Assembly (NCBI GenBank): GCA_003427395.1
Contig: BFEA01000014.1
Span: 1,407,446 to 1,471,445, forward strand
Source: Chara braunii
Lineage: Eukaryota; Plantae; Charophyceae
DNA length: 64,000 nt
Direction of reading: 5' to 3'
The position numbers and the translations under genes were made by a program. Shown one piece after another: positions 37,001-49,184 of the stretch. The notes beneath the pieces are model-generated. The model searched no databases. It was not told the DNA's origin and was given only the letters and a program-made list of their open reading frames with translations. Each line of letters starts with the position of its first letter. Position 1 is the first letter of the stretch.

Positions 37001-38198
37001 ACAATCCCAGGAACTATTGAAACGCTCTGCCAAAATCACAGTCTCAAGGTGGCAGGCAGTCTGGAATGAAGACATGGTTGGTGTAGAACAGGAATTCGAA
37101 AAGTTGTGGCAAACACTCTCCTCCATTCCGAACGGTAAACAAGTTAGTATTCTCTGGCTCATGTCCCTGATGGTAACTCCGTCATCAGTGCGGCTGCTGA
37201 GTAAGGAAATGGACATCAACCTAAGGTCTACTCGATGCAGATGGTCGTTTGAATCTACATCCCATCTATGATGGTACTGTCCAACCTCTAAACGTGTATG
37301 GAATAGGTGGTCTCATCACTGAAAGGAGTTCGGGGGTCAAAAAGTGGTCTGGGATGAGAAGTGGGTACTACTGGGTTTTCTCCCCGTAGGAGTGAACAGG
37401 CATTGAGGATGGGGCTACGTGGCTTACGTTGTCAGAGGTATGATTTATTAAACTATTTGGTCGGATAGAAATAGATCTAGGTTTCACAAGAGACCCTTCT
37501 CAGACGTCGAAACCAAGAGGCACATCAAACTAGGACGGAGACAAGCTATCCGGGTGGACTGGAGGAAGAAAGCAAGATTGGGCAGGGGAAGCCGCAGACA
37601 GGTTCGCTGGTTCATACACAATTGGACTAGGAACAATCAACTCACTGGTGTGCACTCAACGAAAAGCCTAGTCTTGTCAAAATGGGTATTGGACATAGGG
37701 GTGACTGGTAACGTACAAGGGGCCAATTAGGAAAAGGGGAAGGCAGAATGAAGGAGATAGGCAAGTCAGTGGGGGGATAAGACAGTCGGGTAGTTAGGAG
37801 TAACCTGACTCCCAACCAGGGCACTCGGTTGCAATAGGGCCGTGGTGGGTCAGTAGGGTAGTGTCGGTAGGTCCGGACCGGGGTCCGGTCCTCTGGGCTG
37901 TATTAGTTCCACAGACGTAGTTCTCTAAGATAATACTCACCTAAGCTTTCTCAAAAGGTCACATTTTAGGATAAAAAATTGCAATGATTAAACCACCAGA
38001 CCCAGCTATCAATGTTGAGCCTGAAAACGGGCTTCACGCCGTTTCGTGTCGACCCGCCAGCCGAACAAGAAAAAATTGTTTTGGCTGGCAACACCAGCCT
38101 TTGAGGCCCGGTACCCCTAGCCTCCGGAAGTTGTGAGGTGTTAACAACAACGCCCCGCGCCCGATGTATGGGCTGAGTACCTGCTCTTCCTCAACATA

Positions 38199-39900
38199 GG
38201 GGCCTCGTTAGACCCTCCTTGGAAAATCCTCAGGAATTAAGACGGAGTCCTTGGAAAAATTTTCGGTTTTTGGCGTCATCGTTACACCGCGTCCTAATTC
38301 GATGGGTCCCAAGGAAAACCCTTGGAGGTCTTCGGCGGCCAATTTCATATGCATACACGCAGCCACGGGGATGGATGTTCACCATCGTGCCGGGATGTCC
38401 GTGCATCCTCGGGCGTCGTCCAGTGGCGACGGCGGGGAGGCCTACCAGGCTGAAGAAAAAAAAGGGCGCCAACATCTTGGTTCAAATTTCAGATTTTGAA
38501 CCCTCCATTGTGACGCATCTGCACGTGAGGCGTCCTAGCGGCTGGACTGGAGACTGGGGCAAAGCGTCTGTGAGGAGTGATGGCAACCATGGCTTAAAAG
38601 AAGGGCATTGGAACGTTGGGTGACGTAGTGTGTATGTGTAACAGTTCTCTACTGCGACGTCGCCTTCGCGTTCCGCATGCTCTTCAGGCTATCACAGCTG
38701 AGCGCGAATGTAACGCTTTTGTGAAACGTGGAGAAAGCGAGGGCGGTCCCCATCGACGTGCAGAAGGTGCAGCGAGGGCGCCGGCGGGCAAACAAGTGGT
38801 AGGTGCTTGTGCATTGCAAGTCCTGACGATAGAGCGAGAGCTCCCAGGTGGTGCGAAGGCATTAGCAACATTGGAGAGAAACACGGTGGTTCCAACTGTG
38901 TCAATTGTCGTCATGCGTTATCGTATTGTGAGAAAAACAACTCACCCGAGGATGGGATTGTTCATTTTTAGGCAGAGGCAGATGATGCAACAAGTGATGG
39001 ATGCACACAATTGTGTGTCGTTATCGGAATCATTGTGCAATTTTGCTGCGCCATGGCATCGAGTGTGATCCCGCGGGCAACGCCGAGATGGTGGATGAGG
39101 AGAAGGACGGGAGGGACATGGGAGGATCTCAGGCAGGTTGACGACTTGGCGAAGGGTTACTACAAGAAGCTGTGGAGTGTAGTCAATGGCACGAGCCGGC
39201 TGTCTGCTGCAGGTTTTCTGCCTGTCCATCGTCGTGTTTCTCACCATTTGTCGTTTTCGTCTGCTGCCAGGACCGCGCACAGCGACGCATACATGAAACA
39301 ACACGACAAGGAGCAGGAGAAAAGTGGCCAGCAGCAAGAGCGGGAACCGCCAGAGGACGTCTGCTATGAATCGCAGCACGCGAGGTGTGTACCAACAAAG
39401 CTTGCATCAATGCGCCCGGCAATAGCCGACAAATCGGTTGACAGTGCAACACCACTTTTAGAAAAATTGAAAAATTCGACCGTTGGACACCACGGCCGGT
39501 GGGAGAACCCTGCTATGTGAAGCGCCTTGCAGCTGAAGAACCACCCCCACACATTTCCACGTCAACGGTAATGGTGGAAGGCCGTTGGGGGCCCGTCGCG
39601 TACTGGAGGATGGCGATGTCCGCCCAATGGACCACGAACAACCTGTGCACCAACGTCGACTCCAAATTTTCCTGTCGGCGCTCGCTCCAGAACACTCCGT
39701 CAATCGCGGCTCCTTTAACCCTAGGGACCTCGCGAGGCCCCCTTGAATCCAAGGACGTGTTGGCTGGGGATTCTGAGGAACCCAAGGAAATCTCTTGGGA
39801 GTGTTTTCACATTCATTCAAGGAATTTGGTGAATTAGGACGCGGTGTAACCACGCCGATTTCCTAAAAAATGGATTTCCAAGGAGGGCCTAACGACACCC
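38199..39900 (+). mobile_element. Internally deleted PIF/Harbinger element with a remnant of the transposase N-terminus
   Basis: TIR GGGGCCTCGTTAGACCCTCCTTGGAAAATCC vs reverse complement of the right end GGGTGTCGTTAGGCCCTCCTTGGAAATCC; 3-bp TSD ATA. Second internal IR GTTACACCGCGTCCTAATTC. Peptide PRWWMRRRTGGTWEDLR resembles the Harbinger transposase N-terminus; no DDE core. Confidence 0.85.
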
Positions 39901-42269
39901 ATAGAGAACAGAGTACTGAAACCAGTTCAGCAGTCTCAGAATTGGGCAAGGAGATAAGGCTGGTTTGTATTAGGTCAGTATGCCCCTTGTCATTTGACAG
40001 GCTCAATGTTTGGGTTTGGAGAGTAAGCAGCGCTACCGCCTGTAAGCTAAGCTGGCTGATGCTGTCAGTACACCAGGTTGAATTGTGAGGCCTCTTTATA
40101 TTATGAGTCAAATTGAATTGGTTTCTGTTTTCTTTAAAAAAAAAGAAAAAGGAAAAAAAAAAGCCGTCAGGATACATTCGTTACTATTCATAGCAGCGGA
40201 CGAATCTGTCCACCTTCTTTGGAACGATGCACAACCATAGGGCCCGTGCCGCTGGGGAGGTCACTAGCCGGACATGTTGGTCCCATGTTCATGGTCGGAA
40301 AGCATGACCCTGGGCTGAAAATTATCCAGGGTCATGATATCTTAGTACGAATACCATTTGTAACCACTCGTAGCTGGTTCCAAGCTATTCCTGGTGAATC
40401 CCGACTCTGTGCCCGTGCGTAGGCCCCGGCGACAGGGCGAGCGCCGGACCCGTGAGGAGGGGACTGGTCCGAATGCTCCCTCTCCCTCCCTCCCCCTCCA
40501 CCCCGGTCTCTCTCTCTCTCTCTCTCTCTCTTACCGGCCCCAACTCTGTTGCAGACATCTCAGCAGATGGACGCCGGCGCACCATCGGACTCCTCGGCTG
40601 AGGCAGAGGAGAGCGGTGGGCCGCCGCCCGCGGAACGTATTGGTGCTTGGAGAAGCTGGGAGACAGAGGAGGAGGAGGAGGAGGCATGTGCCGTGTCACG
40701 ACGCGGTTGATTGATTGGTTTGGTGTCTGACGGGCACATCGGCGGTTGGCCTTCAGGCACAGCCAACTAACAATTCACGTGGGCGAACGCATCGGCGCGT
40801 AGCACGACACATGTACGGCTCAAAAAGCAGACACGTGGCAAGTGGATTGATTGACGTACAACGACGACGTGTGCCTTTACTAGGTGACACGTGGCACGTT
40901 ATCCTGCGGGTAAGGGTCCCCCCCGCCTCCCCGGTGCCCCTGCCCCCCNNNNNNNNNNNNNNNNNNNNNNNNNNNNNNNNNNNNNNNNNNNNNNNNNNNN
41001 NNNNNNNNNNNNNNNNNNNNNNNNNNNNNNNNNNNNNNNNNNNNNNNNNNNNNNNNNNNNNNNNNNNNNNNNNNNNNNNNNNNNNNNNNNNNNNNNNNNN
41101 NNNNNNNNNNNNNNNNNNNNNNNNNNNNNNNNNNNNNNNNNNNNNNNNNNNNNNNNNNNNNNNNNNNNNNNNNNNNNNNNNNNNNNNNNNNNNNNNNNNN
41201 NNNNNNNNNNNNNNNNNNNNNNNNNNNNNNNNNNNNNNNNNNNNNNNNNNNNNNNNNNNNNNNNNNNNNNNNNNNNNNNNNNNNNNNNNNNNNNNNNNNN
41301 NNNNNNNNNNNNNNNNNNNNNNNNNNNNNNNNNNNNNNNNNNNNNNNNNNNNNNNNNNNNNNNNNNNNNNNNNNNNNNNNNNNNNNNNNNNNNNNNNNNN
41401 NNNNNNNNNNNNNNNNNNNNNNNNNNNNNNNNNNNNNNNNNNNNNNNNNNNNNNNNNNNNNNNNNNNNNNNNNNNNNNNNNNNNNNNNNNNNNNNNNNNN
41501 NNNNNNNNNNNNNNNNNNNNNNNNNNNNNNNNNNNNNNNNNNNNNNNNNNNNNNNNNNNNNNNNNNNNNNNNNNNNNNNNNNNNNNNNNNNNNNNNNNNN
41601 NNNNNNNNNNNNNNNNNNNNNNNNNNNNNNNNNNNNNNNNNNNNNNNNNNNNNNNNNNNNNNNNNNNNNNNNNNNNNNNNNNNNNNNNNNNNNNNNNNNN
41701 NNNNNNNNNNNNNNNNNNNNNNNNNNNNNNNNNNNNNNNNNNNNNNNNNNNNNNNNNNNNNNNNNNNNNNNNNNNNNNNNNNNNNNNNNNNNNNNNNNNN
41801 NNNNNNNNNNNNNNNNNNNNNNNNNNNNNNNNNNNNNNNNNNNNNNNNNNNNNNNNNNNNNNNNNNNNNNNNNNNNNNNNNNNNNNNNNNNNNNNNNNNN
41901 NNNCCCCCCCCCCCCCTGTGCCCCCTTTCCCCCTTCCCTCTTCCCCATCTCCTTTTTTTTTGTTTTTTAATGATAAAACATATCCCGTCTCCTCCTCCTC
42001 TTTCTGAGAAGACGACTTTTTTGGGTGGTCTTCGATGATACAGTTAAGTGTTTTGGAGATCGGAGAAACGATTTACAAAAAAAAAAAGGGAGAAGAAAAG
42101 AAAAAANAANTAAAAAAAAGGGAAAAAATAAAAATGAAAGGAATAAAAAGGACGGAAAAAAAGAAAATCTAAAAAGAAGAAAGAAAGAAAAAAATTGCTT
42201 AGCGTGCGGGGGAGGGCAATGGTTGTGGTCATTATGTCCAACCGGTTTTTTCTGATACACAACAATTCC

Positions 42270-42510
42270 ATTACTCGTTGATTAGTCATCATCGAGCGAG
42301 TATACTCGTTGATTACTCGTCATCGAGCGAGTACTCGTTGATTACTCATCATCGCTCATCATCGAGCGAGTACTCGTTGATTACTCATCATCGAGCGAGT
42401 ACTCGATTGCTCATCGAGCGAGTATACTGATTACTCATCGAGCGAGTATCCTCGTTGATTACTCATCGAGCGAATATACTCGTTGATTATTCGTCGAGCA
42501 GTCGTTGATT
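42270..42510. repeat. ~28-bp minisatellite
   Basis: TACTCGTTGATTACTCATCATCGAGCGAG repeated ~8 times with variants. Confidence 0.9.
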
Positions 42511-43379
42511 TTCTCATTATTTAGTTATTTATTTATTAAGTAATTATTATCACTCGATGCGCCTCATCCCAAACATATACGGATAATCCGGTGACCGTGA
42601 AAGGAGAAGGCACGTAAGTAAATGTCCTGATGACGGCTCAGTGAAAGAAGTAATTAATCAGTATTTGATGAGTAATTAGTCAGGTATTACTGAGTAATTG
42701 ATGATTAATTGATGATTAATTGATGATTAATTGATGAGTTATCTAACGAGTACTTGATGACTAATTAGTGAGTGATGTACTTGATGACTAATTAGTGAGT
42801 GATTGCTAAACGAACATCGTCGGAGAGAGGAGGAAGGGGGAAAGAGAGACGGTTCTCTCTTTTAGCGACGGGCCTACCGTCTTCTCCCGAATAGAACGCC
42901 CTGTCATTTGGGCTTTATTACAGTATTAGTTTATTAGTGCGATTTTCAGTCCAGGTACAGCGATAATGACTGGGCGTTCTATTTGGGTGAAGACGTGAAG
43001 ACGGTAGCTCGGTCGATACATCCCCATGGAGCTGTTGAAGTATACAGAACTGAGACCGAATCCAGATGATGGAAGTAGATGTGAATGAAATCAATAAATT
43101 TCTGGATTCCCTCGGGCCGTTCAGTGCGTCGAATGATATCTTTTTTTTTTTGTTCTTGGGATGTCGATGATATCTCAAGACCGTTGCCCTCCCTTTCTTT
43201 TTTTTTTTGGTTTTGATTTGGAAGACGGCGGCTCTCTCTCTCTCTTTTTTTTTTCTTCTGACAAATGAAGTCAAGTTTTCTTACTGGTAAGACAATGGAA
43301 TCATCGTCAGCGAATGTTGGCCATGGCTTTTCCGTTCTTTCTTTCTTTCTTTTTGCTCCCTTTGCTCTTCTCCCGCGGT

Positions 43380-43885
43380 CATCATCATCGTCGTCGTCAT
43401 CGCCATCGCCATCGCCATCGCCACCATCGTCCTCTTCGTCTTCTTGCTCCTTCTGAGCGCGCGTTTCTCTGACCTCAGTTCATGCGGTCCAAGTGTCACC
43501 ATCGCGGCCGCCATGGCCACCATCGCCACCATCGCCACCATCGCCATCGTCGTTTTCGTCTTTCTTTTTCCTTCTGAGCGCGCGTTTCGCTGACCTCAGT
43601 GCATGCGGTTGTCCATGTGTCGCCATCGCCACCATCGCCATCGTCGTCTTCATCTTTCTTTTCCCTTCTGAGCGCGCGTTTCTCTGACCTCAGTGCATGC
43701 GGTTGTGTGCACGTGTCGCCATCGCCACCATCGCCATCGCCATAGCCATCGCCATCGTCGTCTTCGTCATCGTCTTCTTTTTTTCCCTTCTGAGCGCGTT
43801 TCTCTGACCTCAGCGCATGAGGTTGTGTGCAAGTGTCGCCATCGCCGATCGCCATCGTCCTCTTCGTTTCTTTGTCCTTCTGAGA
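43380..43885. repeat. ~100-120-bp tandem repeat containing (CCATCG)n
   Basis: TTCTGAGCGCGCGTTTCTCTGACCTCAGTGCATGCGG occurs 4 times, separated by CCATCG/CCACCATCG runs. Confidence 0.9.
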
Positions 43886-44529
43886 GCAGCATGCACGCAA
43901 GACAGTCTTTGGCCTCTGTTTATATCTACTGGTCTCCTCCTCCATGTCATCTTCCTCCTCCCTCCCTCTCTTCTTCTCCTCCGTGAAAGCCTCCTGCCTC
44001 TCGTTGTTTGCTTCCCGTCGTTTTCTACTGCTCGTACGAGTCTTCTTCTCCTGTTTGCCATATTCTGCTGGGCTTACCTCCTCCTCCTCCTCCTCCTCCT
44101 CCTTCCTCTCTTCTCCTCCCCCTCCCTTTTCTTCTCCTCTGGTCCTCCTCCCTCTTCTTCTCCTCTCCTTCTCCTCCTCATCCCTCTTGTCTGCTCCTCT
44201 ATGGATCTTCTCTCTCTTTGCGTCTTCGTGTTCCTTACGGACTTGCTTCTCTTCTCCTCCTGTTCGTCATCTTGCTTCAGCTGTCGTCTTTTTTTTTTTT
44301 TTTTTTTTTTTTTTCTGGGAGGCTTACTGCTTATCGGACATCTTGCTTATACTTTTTTTTTTTTTTTTTTTCCGCTTATACGATTTGGACTGGTGCGGGT
44401 GCAGCCACGTAATTGGTTGAAAAATGGTCGCGCGCAGCGCGATGCGTGAATAATCATTCCAAGGTCATGAAGGCGGGAAAATTTAAGCGAAGTTTTTTAT
44501 CATTGCGATGGAAAGAAGGGTTTGCAAGC

Positions 44530-44790
44530 TCTAAATTCTCCCGCTCTAAGTTCCCCCCCCGCTCTCTAATTTTCCCGCTCTCTAATTTTCACGCTCTCTA
44601 ATTTTCCCGCTCTCTAAGAAGGGTTTTCGAGCTCTAAATTCTACCGCTCTAATTTTTCCCGCTCTCTAATTGTTTTCCCACTGTCTAATTTTTCCCGCTC
44701 CCGCTCTCTAATTGTTTTCCCGCTCTCTAATTTTCCCGCTCTCTAATTTTTCCCGCTCTCTAATTTTCCCGCTCTCTAATTTTTCCCGCT
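44530..44790 (+). repeat. ~16-17-bp minisatellite TTTTCCCGCTCTCTAA
   Basis: About 14 tandem units, nine containing exact TTTCCCGC. Confidence 0.95.
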
Positions 44791-44959
44791 GAGGGGAAAA
44801 CTAATGAAAGTTTTTTTTTATTTTTTTTTTAATGATTGTTTCGAAAAAAAAAGCAGTGACAGAAAGCAGCGCTGATTTTTCCTTTTTTTTTTTGTTGGAA
44901 TTCATCAGCGCCGACAGGGATATGATGAGAGCCCATGTCTGGTGAAAGGGCACTGCGCC

Positions 44960-45225
44960 CTATCGTCTCCACCCGAATAGAACGCCCGCCCGATCATTAT
45001 CGCTGTATCTGGACTGGAAATGACACTAAATACAGCCCAAATGCACAGGGCGCGTTCTATTCGGGTGAAGGCGGTAGTTTGATGACGCCGATCATATTTT
45101 TCGCGGGAAGCCGCACACGTGCTCGGAACAGCGCCCCGCGAATGACAGGGCGCGTTCTATTCGGGTGAAGGCGGGCGGTAGTTGGGCGTTCTATTCGGGT
45201 GCAGGCGGTCGGTAGTTTGATGACT
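44960..45225. mobile_element. Cluster of Tourist-like TIRs GGGCGCGTTCTATTCGGGTG
   Basis: Motif at ~44970 (reverse), 45048, 45148 and 45184; also at 42885 (reverse), 42972 and 1186 (reverse). Confidence 0.6.
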
Positions 45226-45256
45226 CCGCCGTGTGATCCGTAGTGCGTGTGAGGAT

Positions 45257-45382
45257 GGGCCTCGCTGCACTACTCGCGACATGCACAAAAGACAAAAAAG
45301 ACTCGTGGCGGTGTATCTTTCCATATTCTAGCGGAAGATTCACTCTCGTTTTGCAAATTTCGAGAGTAGGGCAGCGAGGCCC
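45257..45382. mobile_element. ~125-bp Tourist-like MITE copy
   Basis: Reverse-orientation member of the GGGCCTCGCTGCACTACT family. Confidence 0.88.
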
Positions 45383-47426
45383 CATGTCTCAAGGCGAGAG
45401 CACTTGTCGCTGGAAACAGGCTTACTAGACAGCAGACTTCTAATAATGACAAAATCACCCCCGTCTGCCACGTGTTCACAATGGGTAATAGTGAAAACAG
45501 TGGTGGCCAAAGAGGCCTCGCTCCACTACACAACACTCTACATGCATCTGGACGTTGTCTGGACCAGGTGCATTGGGACCAGTCCAACACTCTCGAATGC
45601 ATCTGGTCAAGAAGGCGTCCAAAGCATGTACACTGTTGTCTAGTGGAGCGAGGCCCAAAGACTGCTTCTCGAACAAGCATCGCCCGCATGTACAGTTCTC
45701 GCCGTAAACGATAATAACATATGAAAATGATAATAACATATAAATGATAATAAATGATAATAAAATATAAATGATAATAACATATAAATGATAGTAACAT
45801 ATAAAAATGATAATACGAGAAAACGTGTTTTGAGGAAAGTTTGGGAAAAAATTCAGTGAGTGGAAAAGACACTCCAAACCTATTTGGGAAAGTTAGTAAG
45901 CGAAATAGAACGCCGAGTCCAACACTCCGAATGCATCCGGTGAAGAAGGCGTCCAAATGCATGTACAGTGTTCTCTAGTGGATCGAGGCCACTGGTGTTG
46001 TCTAGTGGAGCGAGCCCATCCATTACACGGCTCACTAAGTCTACTTGCTTTGAGTTCTCTTACCTATTTGGGAAAGTTTCACTGGATCAATGTGACCAGT
46101 TTCCCCCGTGGACGACTTCCAGGCAACCTCAGGACTTGACTAATTCATGACCAGGTGCTTTGAATTCGTACCTCAGGACACGAAGTGGGCGAAGCTGAAG
46201 ACCGGACTTCATTCGATCTCGTACTCAACTAATTATGTACTAGAAAAAAGAGTTTGTCTTTCATCCTGGGCACATGGGAGCCTCTATTCTAGCTTTCTAG
46301 CAAGTTTGACCAGCACTCTTTCATGACCAGGTGCTTTGAATTCGCGACCTGGGGGCCAATTCCTCGAGTAAGTGCTTCGAATTCTATGAGGGAAGTCTTT
46401 GGGGTCTATTTGTAGAATTCCAACCTGACGGTTGCCTGGGAGGGCCTTTTCCACTCACTGAATTTTCCCAATCTTTTCTACAATTTCCAGCCGGACCGCC
46501 CGGATGACCTTGTTTGTCCGGGCGGCCTGGCCGGGCAAGGGCCAAAGAAGGTCCCAGCGAAAAATAAAAAGTCGAAAAATAAAGAAAAAAACCTAGGCTA
46601 CCAGCCGGGCCGCCCGGGTTCCGGGGGGCCAGCCCGTGCAAGGACCAGGGAAGGTCCCAGCAAAAAAAAAAAATGTTATGCAGAAAAATAAACTGAACAA
46701 CTTTTGCCCCAGGGTCACATCGAAATTCTTCACCAAATTTAGATTTTTTTTTAAAAATTATTTTTATTATTTTTATTATTTTTATTATTTTTATTATTTT
46801 TATTATTTTTGGCCCGGCCGGGCAAGTGACCCCGGGCCACTCTGGTAGCCTAGAAAAAGTATGAAAAAAACTATGTTATGCATAATAATAAACTGGACAG
46901 CTTTTGCCTTAGGAGCGCATCAAAGTTCTTTATCAGAAAAAAAAAAGGCTCGGCCGGGCAAGTGGTCTCGGGTCATTCTGGTGACCTAGAACCCCAGAAC
47001 AATAAATTAATGATCACAGGGCTGATTTGCTGTAATACCCCATATATTTTACTAAGTAATTAATTAAATAATAATAATAACAATCTTATCTGCATCTTAG
47101 TATCATTCGAATGTCAAATTTAATTAACGTTTGTCCCAACGGAAACAACACACACTTAGGGCCTAGTTGCACCGCTTGCCATTCGCCAAAAGTTTGAATG
47201 AATCTTATCAGGGAAATCTGTCCTGATGCATCCAAAATGTTGGCTGATGCTGAGTAGGGCAGGCAACTAGGCCCTTAAAGCGGGGTGCCACCGGTAGCCT
47301 TGATTGAGAAATACGTCTACCCCAGTACAACGCACCCCGATCATGACAGAGATGTGGTGGTTGGGTGGGTGGTGGGTATTTCCGAACCCATCAGAGGGAA
47401 TGGATTGCATCAGCACGCGCACAGTC

Positions 47427-47471
<45 letters not shown>

Positions 47472-47989
47472 GTGACGGATTGTATCATTGATTGCAATCA
47501 ACCTCCGCCTGATGATTCAGTGAAAGTTTGTCCGTCTGTCAGGGTCGTGCTTTCTTGTAGAGGTGTGTTTAAGACGCGTGGCCTTGTTTACCCACCTGTG
47601 TTCCCCGAGGATAAGGCATGGCTATTGTTAGACCATGTAACTGGTCGGGAAATTGGCCCACATGCATAGTTATTTTTCTACTTGTCGTTACCGCTAACGG
47701 GGAAACATGGACAAGGTCGCCGTTATGGCGGGGAAGGTTCAGTTCTGATAATTTTATTTCCTCACAAGAGGCCATGTTCTATTTTTGGATTTTTTTTTTT
47801 TTTCTTTTTTTTTGGGGAAAGGAGTAGCCCTTGGATTGCTATAGCTACATGGCCTACATCTGTATTCTAATCCGTGACCTGCTTGCTAAAGCAATAATTA
47901 CGTGTGTAAAAAAAAAAAAAAAAAAGAAACAAAAGGAGTTAAGTTCAGTTCACATGTTTGTGCACCATCCTGCCACATGGGCCACCTAA

Positions 47990-48114
47990 GGGCCTCGCGC
48001 CACAAATCACCACATGCACACAAGACAAAAAATTATGGCGGTGTATCTTTCCATGTTTTAACGGAAGATTCATTCTCATTTTGCACAATTGGTGAGAGCA
48101 GTGGAGGGAGGCCC
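47990..48114. mobile_element. ~125-bp Tourist-like MITE copy
   Basis: Same family; further partial copies at ~48153-48260. Confidence 0.8.
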
Positions 48115-48584
48115 TCCCTTAGTTGTGTGTGTGTTGTCTTTTTTTCTGGCTTTGGGCCTCGGTCCACTGCTTACCAATTGCGCAAAGTGAAAATGAATCT
48201 TCCGTTAAAATATGGAAAGATACACTGGCATAATGTGTGGGCCTCGCTCCACTGCACAGCACTCCAAATGTATCTGGCGCTCCCAATGGCCGACAACATG
48301 CTTCTGGACAAGATATGAGATTGATTGGAACTAAAAAAAAAAAAAATAATAATTAAAAAAAATAACAAAATAAAATGGAACTTAACATATCCAAGGTGTC
48401 CCACGACTCAGAATATCTGGCGCTCAACTTGTTTCTGGTGGGTTAAAAATGTTTGGCAAATTAGAATGTATCTGGATCATATACAGCACATGTACATTTC
48501 AAATTTCATGCAGTGGAGCCGAGGCCCTTTGTTAGACTCGACAGTCTTCCCCTGAACACAACACTCTGCAATCCCCCCCCCCCC

Positions 48585-48621
<37 letters not shown>

Positions 48622-48884
48622 AAGCAAAGAAGGATGCCACCAAGCTGTCATTCTGGTCCGGTGCAGTCCTGATGATGGTGCATCGTCCCCCCGAACACAA
48701 CGCACCCTGATCATCAATGCCTAGCATTGCCTACAAGCCATTTTTCCGGTGTGATAAGGCCGCGATGTTTAGGGGTGAGGGGGTCCGTCCTACGCAGAAC
48801 ACAATGCACTCCTGGTCATGAATGTATATATGCTATCCCTTAGGCTCCGTACAGTCATGATGCAACTGCTTAAAAAAAAAAAAA

Positions 48885-48935
<51 letters not shown>

Positions 48936-49062
48936 TATTATTATTATTATTTTTTATGCAACTGCTTTGCATTCGTGGGAAGATGGGAATAGTGTGGTCG
49001 TTCCAGTGCCCGAGAAACAAGAAATAGGGGTAGCAGAGACATGGGTGTTTAGCAGAGACTAT

Positions 49063-49184
49063 GGGCCTTGCTCCGCTTCTGTTGAAATATGCAAAACGAG
49101 AGTGAATCTTCTGCTAGAACATGGTCAGATACACTGGCATGATTTTTGTCTTTTGTGCATGTCGGTAGTAGTGGAGCGAGGCCC
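49063..49184. mobile_element. ~122-bp Tourist-like MITE copy, TSD TAT
   Basis: GGGCC...GGCCC termini with TAT on both sides. Confidence 0.88.

Larger units (their letters stand above)
31309..37700 (+). mobile_element. Decayed L1-clade LINE ORF2 (APE endonuclease, RT, C-terminal zinc finger); ORF1 remnants probably extend upstream to ~28900
   Basis: APE: ALNIYDL...VKRRGLKNWL...LIQETK, IVYA, LLLASNWN, GYTW, RRLDYF, ISDNKPV. RT: KSPGVDGLSMEFY, NWRAISLL..SYKIIAK, DQGAFVQGRLI, AYDKVGW, QGCPLAP, ALTDN. Cys/His motif CRWSFESTSHL..YCP near 37240. Many stops and frameshifts, and one assembly gap. Confidence 0.93.

Noticed and set aside
42270-42510. CRISPR-like palindromic ~28-bp repeats
   Set aside because: Units are contiguous without unique spacers, no cas genes, eukaryotic context.
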